Shown here: piece after piece, positions 47,201 to 61,200 of the stretch
Position numbering within the stretch: position 1 is the first letter of the stretch
How the letters are laid out: every line of letters begins with the position of its first letter
Assembly (NCBI GenBank): GCA_964035545.1
Contig: OZ037768.1
Coordinates: 14,827,675 to 14,891,674 of the forward strand
From: Bugula neritina
Taxonomy: Eukaryota; Animalia; Bryozoa
Direction of reading: 5' to 3'
DNA: 64,000 bases
Translations under genes and position numbers: made by a program
Notes under the pieces: model-generated
What the model was told of the DNA's origin: nothing
Seen by the model: only the letters and a program-made list of their open reading frames with translations
Database searches by the model: none

Positions 47201-50200
47201 CATACTGAAACATACCGAAATATAAGGTAACCTACTGAAATATGTTGCAAACCACTGAAACATACTGCATAATCATGCAACAAAATGAAATAAACGGTAA
47301 CACTGAAGCATACTGCAATATACTGAAATATAGTGTAACATACTAAGACATACTGCAACATACCGAAATATATGGTAACCTACTGAAATATGTTGCAAAC
47401 GACTGAAATATACTGCAACATACTGCAACATATTGAAGTATACTGCAACATACTGAAATATACTGCAAGATACTCCAACATACCGAAATACACTGTAACA
47501 TACTGAAATACACTGCAACATACTGAAATACACTGCAAGATACTGCAACATACTGAAACACATTGTAAGATACTGAAATGCACTGCAACATACCGCAACA
47601 TACTGCAACGTATTGAAATACACTGTAACATATTGAAAAACACTGCAACACATTGAAATATACTGCAACATACTAAAACATACGGCAACATGCTGAAATA
47701 TACTGCGACACATTGAAATATAGTGCAACATACTGAAATATGCAGTAGCATACTGAAATACACTGCAATACACTGAAGTATACTGTAATATACAGAATTG
47801 TACTGTAACATACTGAAACATACGGTAACATACTAAAATATACTGCGACACATTGAAATATACTGCAACATACTGAAATACACCGTAACATACTGAAATA
47901 CACTGCAACATACTGAAATACACTGTAACATATTGAAATACACTGCAAAACACTGAAATATACTGAAACATACCGCAATATATGGTAACCTACTGTAATA
48001 TGTTGCAAACCACTGAAACATACTGCATCATCCTGCAACAAAATGAAATATACGGTAACACTGAAGCATACTGCAATATACTGAGATATACTGTAACAAC
48101 TAAGACATACTGCAACATACCAAAAAAAATGGTAACCTACTGAAATATGTTACAAACTACTGAAACATACTGCAACATACTGCAACATAATGAAATATAC
48201 TGCAACATGCTGAAAGATACTGCAACATAATGCAACATACTGAAATACACTATAGAATATTGAAATATACTGCAACATACTGAAATATACAGCAAGATAC
48301 TGCGAAATACTGAAATGCATAGTAAGATACCTAAATACACTGCAACATACTGCAACATACTGCAACATATTGAAATACACTGTAACATATTGAAAAACAC
48401 TGCAACACATTGAAATATACCGCAACATACCGAAGTATATGGTAGCCTACTGAAATATACTGCGACATACTGAAATACACTGTAACGTACTGAAATACAC
48501 TGCAACATACTGAAATACACTGTAACATATTAAAATACACTGCAACACACTGAAATATACTGAAACATAACGAAATATATGGTAACCCACTAAAATATGT
48601 TGCAAACCACTGAAATATACTGGAACATACTGCAACATAATGAAGTATACTGCAACATAGTGAAATATACTGCAAGATACTGCAACATACTGAAATACAC
48701 TGTAACGTACTGAAATACAGTGCAACATACTGAAATATACTGCATGATACTGCAACATACTGATACACATTGTAAGATACTGAAATACACTGCAACATAC
48801 CGCAACATACTGCAACGTATTGAAATACACTGTAACATATTGAAAAACACTGCAACACATCGAAATATACTGCAACATACTGAAACATACGGCAACATAC
48901 TGAAATATACTGCGACACATTGAAATATAGTGCAACATACTGAAATATGCTGTAGCATACTGAAATACACTGCAATACACTGAAGTATACTGTAATATAC
49001 AGAAACGTACTGTAACATACTGAAACATACGGCAACATACTAAAATATACTGCAACACATTGAAATATACTGCAACATACTGAAATACACCGTAACATAC
49101 TAAACTCCACTGCAACATTCTGAATTACACTGTAACACATTGAAATACACTGCAACACAATGAATTATACTGAAATACATTGTAAGATACTGAAATACAC
49201 TGCAAGATACTGCAACATAATGGAATATATGTTAACCTACTGAAATATGTTGAAAACTACTGAAATATACTGCAACATAATGCAACATAATGAAAGATAC
49301 TGCAACATACTGAAATAAACTGCAAGATACTGCAACATACTGAAATACACTGCAACACACTGAAGTATACTGTAATATACAGAAATGTACCGTAAAATAC
49401 TGAAATATACTTCAACATACTGAAAAACACCTAAAAATATTGAAACATACTGATATACACTGAAACATACTGAAATACACTGCAACACATTGGAATATAC
49501 TGCAACATACCGAAATATATGGTAACCTACTGAAGTATGTTGCAAACTACTGAAATATACTGCAACATACTGAAATACGCCGTAACATACTGAAATACAC
49601 TGCAACATACTGAAATACACTGTAACAAATTGAAATACACTGCAACACACTGAAACATACTGAAACATACCGAAATATAAGGTAACCTACTGAAATATGT
49701 TGCAAACCACTGAAACATACTGCATAATCATGCAACAAAATGAAATAAACGGTAACACTGAAGCATACTGCAATATACTGAAATATACTGTAACATACTA
49801 AGACATACTGCAACATACCGAAATATATGGTAACCTACTGAAATATGTTGCAAACGACTGAAATATACTGCAACATACTGCAACATATTGAAGTATACTG
49901 CAACATACTGAAATATACTGCAAGATACTCCAACATACTGAAATACACTGTAACATACTGAAATACACTGCAACATACTGAAATACACTGCAAGATACTG
50001 CAACATACTGAAACAGATTGTAAGATACTGAAATGCACTGCAACATACCGCAACATACTGCAACGTATTGAAATACACTGTAACATATTGAAAAACACTG
50101 CAACACATTGAAATATACTGCAACATACTAAAACATACGGCAACATACTGAAATATACTGCGACACATTGAAATATAGTGCAACATACTGAAATATGCTG

Positions 50201-53000
50201 TAGCATACTGAATTACACTGCAATACACTGAAGTATACTGTAATATACAGAAACGTACTGTAACATACTGAAACATACGGCAACATACTAAAATATACTG
50301 CGACACATTGAAACATACTGCAACATACTGAAATACACCAAAACATACTAAACTCCCCTGCAACATTCTGAAATACACTGTAACACATTGAAATACACTG
50401 CAACACAGTGAATTACACTGAAATACATTGTAAGATACGGAAACACACTGCAACATACTGCAACATAATGAAATATATGGTAACCTACTGAAATATGTTG
50501 AAAACTACTGAAATATACTGCAACATTATGCAACATAATGAAATATACTGCAATATACTGAAATAAACTGCAAGATACTGCAACATATTGAAATACACTG
50601 CGACATACTGCAACATACTGAAAAACGCTGTAACATATTGAAATACACTGCAAGACACTGAAATATTCCGCAACATACCGAAATATATGGTAATCTAATG
50701 AGATATTCTGTAACACGTTGAAGTACACTGCAACATACTGAAATACACTGCAACACACTAAATTATACTGTAATTTACAGAAATGTACTGCAACATACTG
50801 GAATATACTGCAAGATACTGCAACATACTGAAATACACTGTAACATAATGCAATACACTGCAACATACTGAAATATATTGCATGATACTGCAACATACTG
50901 ATACACATTGTAAGATACTGAAATGCACTGCTACATACTGAAATATGCTGCATGATACTGCAACATACTCATACACATTGTAAGATACTGAAATACACTG
51001 CAACATACCGCAACATACTGCAACGTATTGAAATACACTGTAACATATTGAAAAACACTGCAACACATTGAAATATACTGCAACATACTGAAACATACGG
51101 CAACATACTGAAATGTACTGCGACACATTGAAATATAGTGCAACATACTGAAATATGCAGTAGCATACTGAAATACACTGCAATACACTGAAGTATACAG
51201 TAATATACAGAATTGTACTGTAACTTACTGAAACATACGGTAACATACTAAAATATAGTGCGACACATTGAAATATACTGCAACATACTGAAATACACTG
51301 CAACATACTGAAATACACTGTAACATATTGAAATACACTGCAACACACTGAAATATACTGAAACATACCGCAATATATGGTAACCTACTGTAATATGTTG
51401 CAAACCACTGAAACATACTGCATCATCCTGCAACAAAATGAAATATACGGTAACACTGAAGCATACTGCAATATACTGAGATATACTGTAACAACTAAGA
51501 CATACTGCAACATACCAAAAAAAATGGTTACCTACTGAAATATGTTACAAACTACTGAAACATACTGCAACATACTGCAACATAATGAAATATACTGCAA
51601 CATGCTGAAAGATACTGCAACATAATGCAACATACTGAAACACTATAGAATATTGAAATATACTGCAACATACTGAAATATACAGCAAGATACTGCGAAA
51701 TACTGAAATACATAGTAAGATACCTAAATACACTGCAACATACTGCAACATACTGCAACATATTGAAATACACTGTAACATATTGAAAAACACTGCAACA
51801 CATTGAAATATACCGCAACATACCGAAGTATATGGTAGCCTACTGAAATATACTGCGACATACTGAAATACACTGTAACGTACTGAAATACACTGCAACA
51901 TACTGAAATACACTGTAACATATTAAAATACACTGCAACACACTGAAATATACTGAAACATAACGAAATATATGGTAACCCACTAAAATATGTTGCAAAC
52001 CACTGAAATATACTGCAACATACTGCAACATAATGAAGTATACTGCAACATAGTGAAATATACTGCAAGATACTGCAACATACTGAAATACACTGTAACG
52101 TACTGAAATACACTGCAACATACTGAAATATACTGCATGATACTGCAACATACTGATACACATTGTAAGATACTGAAATACACTGCAACATACCGCAACA
52201 TACTGCAACGTATTGAAATACACTGTAACATATTGAAAAACACTGCAACACATCGAAATATACTGCAACATACTGAAACATACGGCAACATACTGAAATA
52301 TACTGCGACACATTGAAATATAGTGCAACATACTGAAATATGCTGTAGCATACTGAAATACACTGCAATACACTGAAGTATACTGTAATATACAGAAACG
52401 TACTGTAACATACTGAAACATACGGCAACATACTAAAATATACTGCAACACATTGAAATATACTGCAACATACTGAAATACACCGTAACATACTAAACTC
52501 CACTGCAACATTCTGAATTACACTGTAACACATTGAAATACACTGCAACACAATGAATTATACTGAAATACATTGTAAGATACTGAAATACACTGCAAGA
52601 TACTGCAACATAATGGAATATATGTTAACCTACTGAAATATGTTGAAAACTACTGAAATATACTGCAACATAATGCACCATAATGAAAGATACTGCAACA
52701 TACTGAAATAAACTGCAAGATACTGCAACATACTGAAATACACTGCAACACACTGAAGTATACTGTAATATACAGAAATGTACCGTAAAATACTGAAATA
52801 TACTTCAACATACTGAAAAACACCTAAAAATATTGAAACATACTGATATACACTGAAACATACTGAAATACACTGCAACACATTGGAATATACTGCAGTA
52901 TACCGAAATATATGGTAACCTACTGAAGTATGTTGCAAACTACTGAAATATACTGCAACATACTGAAATACGCCGTAACATACTGAAATACACTGCAACA
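38250..53000. repeat. ~5-kb direct duplication with ~9,493-bp offset (~38.25-43.5 kb vs ~47.74-53.0 kb)
   Basis: 38644/48137, 39744/49237 and 40992/50485 are offset 9,493. The offset becomes 9,453 after a 40-bp loss near 50,585 and 9,451 after a 2-bp loss near 51,640. The private variant AAATGCATAGTAAG occurs at ~38820 and ~48313. Confidence 0.82.
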
Positions 53001-56000
53001 TACTGAAATACACTGCAAGATACTGCAACATACTGAAACATACCGAAATATAAGGTAACCTACTGAAATATGTTGCAAACCACTGAAACATACTGCATAA
53101 TCATGCAACAAAATGAAATAAACGGTAACACTGAAGCATACTGCAATATACTGAAATATAGTGTAACATACTAAGACATACTGCAACATACCGAAATATA
53201 TGGTAACCTACTGAAATATGTTGCAAACGACTGAAATATACTGCAACATACTGCAACATATTGAAGTATACTGCAACATACTGAAATATACTGCAAGATA
53301 CTCCAACATACTGAAATACACTGTAACATACTGAAATACACTGCAACATACTGAAATACACTGCAAGATACTGCAACATACTGAAACACATTGTAAGATA
53401 CTGAAATGCACTGCAACATACCGCAACATACTGCAACGTATTGAAATACACTGTAACATATTGAAAAACACTGCAACACATTGAAATATACTGCAACATA
53501 CTAAAACATACGGCAACATACTGAAATATACTGCGACACATTGAAATATAGTGCAACATACTGAAATATGCTGTAGCATACTGAAATACACTGCAATACA
53601 CTGAAGTATACTGTAATATACAGAAACGTACTGTAACATACTGAAACATACGGCAACATACTAAAATATACTGCGACACATTGAAACATACTGCAACATA
53701 CTGAAACACACCAAAACATACTAAACTCCCCTGCAACATTCTGAAATACACTGTAACACATTGAAATACACTGCAACACAGTGAATTACACTGAAATACA
53801 TTGTAAGATACGGAAACACACTGCAACATACTGCAACATAATGAAATATATGGTAACCTACTGAAATATGTTGAAAACTACTGAAATATACTGCAACATT
53901 ATGCAACATAATGAAAGATACTGCAATATACTGAAATAAACTGCAAGATACTGCAACATACTGAAATACACTGTAACATACTGAAATACACTGTAACATA
54001 TTGAAATACACTGCGACATACTGCAACATACTGAAAAACGCTGTAACATATTGAAATACACTGCAAGACACTGAAATATTCCGCAACATACCGAAATATA
54101 TGGTAATCTAATGAGATATTCTGTAACACGTTGAAGTACACTGCAACATACTGAAATACACTGCAACACACTAAATTATACTGTAATTTACAGAAATGTA
54201 CTGCAACATACTGGAATATACTGCAAGATACTGCAACATACTGAAATACACTGTAACATAATGCAATACACTGCAACATACTGAAATATATTGCATGATA
54301 CTGCAACATACTGATACACATTGTAAGATACTGAAATGCACTGCTACATACTGAAATATGCTGCATGATACTGCAACATACTCATACACATTGTAAGATA
54401 CTGAAATACACTGCAACATACCGCAACATACTGCAACGTATTGAAATACACTGTAACATATTGAAAAACACTGCAACACATTGAAATATACTGCAACATA
54501 CTGAAACATACGGCAACATACTGAAATGTACTGCGACACATTGAAATATAGTGCAACATACTGAAATATGCAGTAGCATACTGAAATACACTGCAATACA
54601 CTGAAGTATACAGTAATATACAGAATTGTACTGTAACTTACTGAAACATACGGTAACATACTAAAATATAGTGCGACACATTGAAATATACTGCAACATA
54701 CTGAAATACACTGCAACATACTGAAATACACTGTAACATATTGAAATACACTGCAACACACTGAAATATACTGAAACATACCGCAATATATGGTAACCTA
54801 CTGTAATATGTTGCAAACCACTGAAACATACTGCATCATCCTGCAACAAAATGAAATATACGGTAACACTGAAGCATACTGCAATATACTGAGATATACT
54901 GTAACAACTAAGACATACTGCAACATACCAAAAAAAATGGTTACCTACTGAAATATGTTACAAACTACTGAAACATACTGCAACATACTGCAACATAATG
55001 AAATATACTGCAACATGCTGAAAGATACTGCAACATAATGCAACATACTGAAATACACTATAGAATATTGAAATATACTGCAACATACTGAAATATACAG
55101 CAAGATACTGCGAAATACTGAAATACATAGTAAGATACCTAAATACACTGCAACATACTGCAACATACTGCAACATATTGAAATACACTGTAACATATTG
55201 AAAAACACTGCAACACATTGAAATATACCGCAACATACCGAAGTATATGGTAGCCTACTGAAATATACTGCGACATACTGAAATACACTGTAACGTACTG
55301 AAATACACTGCAACATACTGAAATACACTGTAACATATTAAAATACACTGCAACACACTGAAATATACTGAAACATAACGAAATATATGGTAACCCACTA
55401 AAATATGTTGCAAACCACTGAAATATACTGCAACATACTGCAACATAATGAAGTATACTGCAACATAGTGAAATATACTGCAAGATACTGCAACATACTG
55501 AAATACACTGTAACGTACTGAAATACACTGCAACATACTGAAATATACTGCATGATACTGCAACATACTGATACACATTGTAAGATACTGAAATACACTG
55601 CAACATACCGCAACATACTGCAACGTATTGAAATACACTGTAACATATTGAAAAACACTGCAACACATCGAAATATACTGCAACATACTGAAACATACGG
55701 CAACATACTGAAATATACTGCGACACATTGAAATATAGTGCAACATACTGAAATATGCTGTAGCATACTGAAATACACTGCAATACACTGAAGTATACTG
55801 TAATATACAGAAACGTACTGTAACATACTGAAACATACGGCAACATACTAAAATATACTGCAACACATTGAAATATACTGCAACATACTGAAATACACCG
55901 TAACATACTAAACTCCACTGCAACATTCTGAATTACACTGTAACACATTGAAATACACTGCAACACAATGAATTATACTGAAATACATTGTAAGATACTG

Positions 56001-57450
56001 AAATACACTGCAAGATACTGCAACATAATGGAATATATGTTAACCTACTGAAATATGTTGAAAACTACTGAAATATACTGCAACATAATGCACCATAATG
56101 AAAGATACTGCAACATACTGAAATAAACTGCAAGATACTGCAACATACTGAAATACACTGCAACACACTGAAGTATACTGTAATATACAGAAATGTACCG
56201 TAAAATACTGAAATATACTTCAACATACTGAAAAACACCTAAAAATATTGAAACATACTGATATACACTGAAACATACTGAAATACACTGCAACACATTG
56301 GAATATACTGCAGTATACCGAAATATATGGTAACCTACTGAAGTATGTTGCAAACTACTGAAATATACTGCAACATACTGAAATACGCCGTAACATACTG
56401 AAATACACTGCAACATACTGAAATACACTGCAAGATACTGCAACATACTGAAACATACCGAAATATAAGGTAACCTACTGAAATATGTTGCAAACCACTG
56501 AAACATACTGCATAATCATGCAACAAAATGAAATAAACGGTAACACTGAAGCATACTGCAATATACTGAAATATAGTGTAACATACTAAGACATACTGCA
56601 ACATACCGAAATATATGGTAACCTACTGAAATATGTTGCAAACGACTGAAATATACTGCAACATACTGCAACATATTGAAGTATACTGCAACATACTGAA
56701 ATATACTGCAAGATACTCCAACATACTGAAATACACTGTAACATACTGAAATACACTGCAACATACTGAAATACACTGCAAGATACTGCAACATACTGAA
56801 ACACATTGTAAGATACTGAAATGCACTGCAACATACCGCAACATACTGCAACGTATTGAAATACACTGTAACATATTGAAAAACACTGCAACACATTGAA
56901 ATATACTGCAACATACTAAAACATACGGCAACATACTGAAATATACTGCGACACATTGAAATATAGTGCAACATACTGAAATATGCTGTAGCATACTGAA
57001 ATACACTGCAATACACTGAAGTATACTGTAATATACAGAAACGTACTGTAACATACTGAAACATACGGCAACATACTAAAATATACTGCGACACATTGAA
57101 ACATACTGCAACATACTGAAACACACCAAAACATACTAAACTCCCCTGCAACATTCTGAAATACACTGTAACACATTGAAATACACTGCAACACAGTGAA
57201 TTACACTGAAATACATTGTAAGATACGGAAACACACTGCAACATACTGCAACATAATGAAATATATGGTAACCTACTGAAATATGTTGAAAACTACTGAA
57301 ATATACTGCAACATTATGCAACATAATGAAAGATACTGCAATATACTGAAATAAACTGCAAGATACTGCAACATACTGAAATACACTGTAACATACTGAA
57401 ATACACTGTAACATATTGAAATACACTGCGACATACTGCAACATACTGAA
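50600..57450. repeat. Recent tandem duplication of a ~3,415-bp HOR unit
   Basis: Private SNP monomers are found only in this pair: ACTGCTACAT (50927/54340), ACTGCAGTAT (52892/56307), ACTGAAACACACCAAA (~53700/57115). Confidence 0.88.
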
Positions 57451-58299
57451 AAACGCTGTAACATATTGAAATACACTGCAAGACACTGAAATATGCCGCA
57501 ACATACCGAAATATATGGTAATCTAATGAGATATACTGTAACACGTTGAAGTACACTGCAACATACTGAAATACACTGCAACACACTAAATTATACTGTA
57601 ATTTACAGAAATGTACTGCAACATACTGGAATATACTGCAAGATACTGCAACATACTGAAATACACTGTAACATAATGCAATACACTGCAACATACTGAA
57701 ATATACTGCATGATACTGCAACATACTGATACACATTGTAAGATACTGAAATGCACTGCAACATACTGAAATATGCTGCATGATACTGCAACATACTCAT
57801 ACACATTGTAAGATACTGAAATACACTGCAACATACCGCAACATACTGCAACGTATTGAATTACACTGTAACATATTGAAAAACACTGCAACACATTGAA
57901 ATATACTGCAACATACTGAAACATACGGCAACATACTGAAATGTACTGCGACACATTGAAATATAGTGCAACATACTGAAATATGCTGTAGCATACTGAA
58001 ATACACTGCAATACACTGAAGTATACTGTAATATATAGAATTGTACTGTAACATACTGAAACATACGGTAACATACTAAAATATACTGCGACACATTGAA
58101 ATATACTGCAACATACTGAAATACACCGTAACATACTGAAATACACTGCAACATACTGAAATGCACTGTAACATATTGAAATACACTGCAACACACTGAA
58201 ATATACTGAAACATACCGAAATATATGGTAACCTACTGAAATATGTTGCAAACCACTGAAACATACTGCATCATCCTGCAACAAAATTAAATATACGGT

Positions 58300-61200
58300 A
58301 ACACTGAAGCATACTGCAATATACTGAAATATACTGTAACATACTAAGACACACTGCAACATACCGAAAAATATGGTAACCTACTGAAATATGTTACAAA
58401 CTACTGAAATATACTGCAGCATACTGCAACATAATGAAATATACTGCAACATAATGAAATATACTGCAACATACTGAAAGATACTGCAAGTTACTGCAAA
58501 ATACTGAAATACATTGTAAGATACCTAAATACACTGCAACATACTGCAACATACTGCAACATATTGAAATACACTGTAACATATTGAAAAACACTGCAAC
58601 ACATTGAAATATACCGCAACATACCGAAGTATATGGTAGCCTACTGAAATATACTGCGACATACTGAAATACACTGTAACGTACTGAAATACACTGCAAC
58701 ATACTGAAATACACTGTAACATATTAAAATACACTGCAACACACTGAAATATACTGAAACATACCGAAATATATGGTAACCCACTGAAATATGTTGCAAA
58801 CCACTGAAATATACTGCAACATACTGCAACATAATGAAGTATACTGCAACAGACTGAAATATACTGCAACATACTGAAATACACTGTAACATATTGAAAT
58901 ACACTGCAACACACTGAAATATACTGAAACATACCGAAATATATGGTAACCTACTGAAATATGTTGCAAACCACTGAAACATACTGCATCATCCTGCAAC
59001 AAAATGAAGTATACGGTAACACTGAAGCATACTGCAACATACTGGAACATACTAAGACATACTCCAACATACCGAAAAATATGGTAACCTACTGAAATAT
59101 GTTACAAACTATTGAAATATACTGCAGCATACTGCAACATAATGGAATATACTGCAACATACTGAAAGATACTGCAACATACTGAAATACACTATAGAAT
59201 ACCGAAATATACTGCAACATACTGAAATATACTGCAAGATACTGCAAAATACTGAAATACATTGTGAGATACCTAAATACACTGCAACATACTGCAACAT
59301 ACTGCAACATATTGAAATACACTGTAACATATTGAAAAACACTGCATCACATTGAAATATACCGCAACATACCGAAGTATATGGTAGCCTACTGAAATAT
59401 ACTGCGACATACTGAAATACACTGTAACGTACTAAAATACACTGCAACATACTGAAATACACTGTAACATATTAAAATACACTGCAACACACTGAAATAT
59501 ACTGAAACATACCGAAATATATGGTAACCCACTGAAATATGTGGCAAACCACTGAAATAGACTGCAACATACTGCAACATAATGAAGTATACTGCAACAG
59601 ACTGAAATATACGGCAAGAAACTGCAACACACCGAAATACACTGTAACATACTGAAGTACAATGCAATATACTGATATATACTGCATGATACAGCAACAT
59701 ACTGATACACATTGTAAGATACTGAAATACACTGCAACATACCGCAACATACTGCAACGTATTGAAATACACTGTAACATATTGAAAAACACTGCAACAC
59801 ATTTAAATATACTGCAACATACTGAAACATACGGCAACATACTAAAATATACTGCGACACATTGAAATATAGTGCAACATACTGAAATATGCTGTAGCAT
59901 ACTGAAATACACTGCAATACACTGAAGTATACTGTAATATACAGGAACGTACTGTAACATACTGAAACATACGGCAACATACTAAAATATACTGCGACAC
60001 ATTGAAAGATCCTGCAACATACTGAAATATACCGTAACATACTAAACTCCACTGCGACATTCTGAAATACACTGTAACACATTAAAATACACTGCAACAC
60101 ATTGAATTATACTGAAATACATCGTAGGATACTGAAATACACTGCAAGATATTGCAACATAATGGAATATATGGTAACCTACTGAAATATGTTGAAAACT
60201 ACTGAAATATACTGCAACATACTGCAACATAATGAAAGATACTGCAACATACTGATATAAACTGCAAGACACCGCAACATACTGAAATACACTGCAACAC
60301 ACTAAGGTATACTGTAACATACACAAATTTACTGTAACATACTGAAACATGCCGCAGCATTTATAATATACTGCAACAGATTGAAATATACTGCACCATA
60401 CTGAAATATGCTGTAGCATACTGAAATACACTGCAACACACTGAAGTATACTGTAACATACAGAAATGTACTGTAAAATACTGAAATATACTTCAACATA
60501 CTGAAAACTACCTAAAAATATTGAAACATACTGATATACACTGAAACATACTGAAATACACTGCAACACATTGGAATATACTGCAACATACTGAAATATA
60601 TGGTAACCTACTGAAGTATGTTGCAAACAACTGAAATATACTGCAACATACTGAAATACGCCAGAACATACTGAAATACACTGCAACATACTGAAATACA
60701 CTGTAACAAATTGAAATACACTGCAACACACTGAAATATACTGAAACATACCGAAATATAAGGTAACCTACCGAAATATGTTGCAAACCACTGAAACATA
60801 CTGCATAATCCTGCAACAAAATGAAATAAACGGTAACACTGAAGCATACTGCAATATACTGAAATACACTGTAACATACTAAGACATACTGCAACATACC
60901 GAAATTTATGGTAACCTACTGAAATATGTTGCAAACGACTGAAATATACTGCAACATACTGCAACATATTGAAGTATACTGCAACATACTGAAATATACT
61001 GCAAGATACTGCAACATACTGAAATACACTGTAACATACTGAAATACACTGCAACATACTGAAATATACTGCAAGATACTGCAACATACTGAAACACATT
61101 GTAAGATACTGAAATGCACTGCAACATACTGCAACATACTGCAACGTATTGAAATACACTGTAACATATTGAAAAACACTGCAACACGTTGAAATATACT

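Larger units (their letters stand above)
36400..58300. repeat. Right HOR domain: ~3,415-3,435-bp units with rearranged 2,207, 2,435 and 3,623-bp members
   Basis: Offsets: 36631->38838 = 2207, 38644->42079 = 3435, 42079->45702 = 3623, 45702->48137 = 2435, 52630->56045 = 3415. Diagnostic variants: TGGTAATCTAATGAG, 9-bp monomer in TAACAACTAAGAC, ACCAAAAAAAATGG, TAGAATATTG, GCAGTAGCAT, CATAATCATGCAAC. Confidence 0.92.

Noticed and set aside
48720-48923. Plus-strand 67-aa ORFs (also 59662-59865)
   Set aside because: Chance start codons created by single substitutions within the repeated core. The same stretch exists without a start in many other copies.
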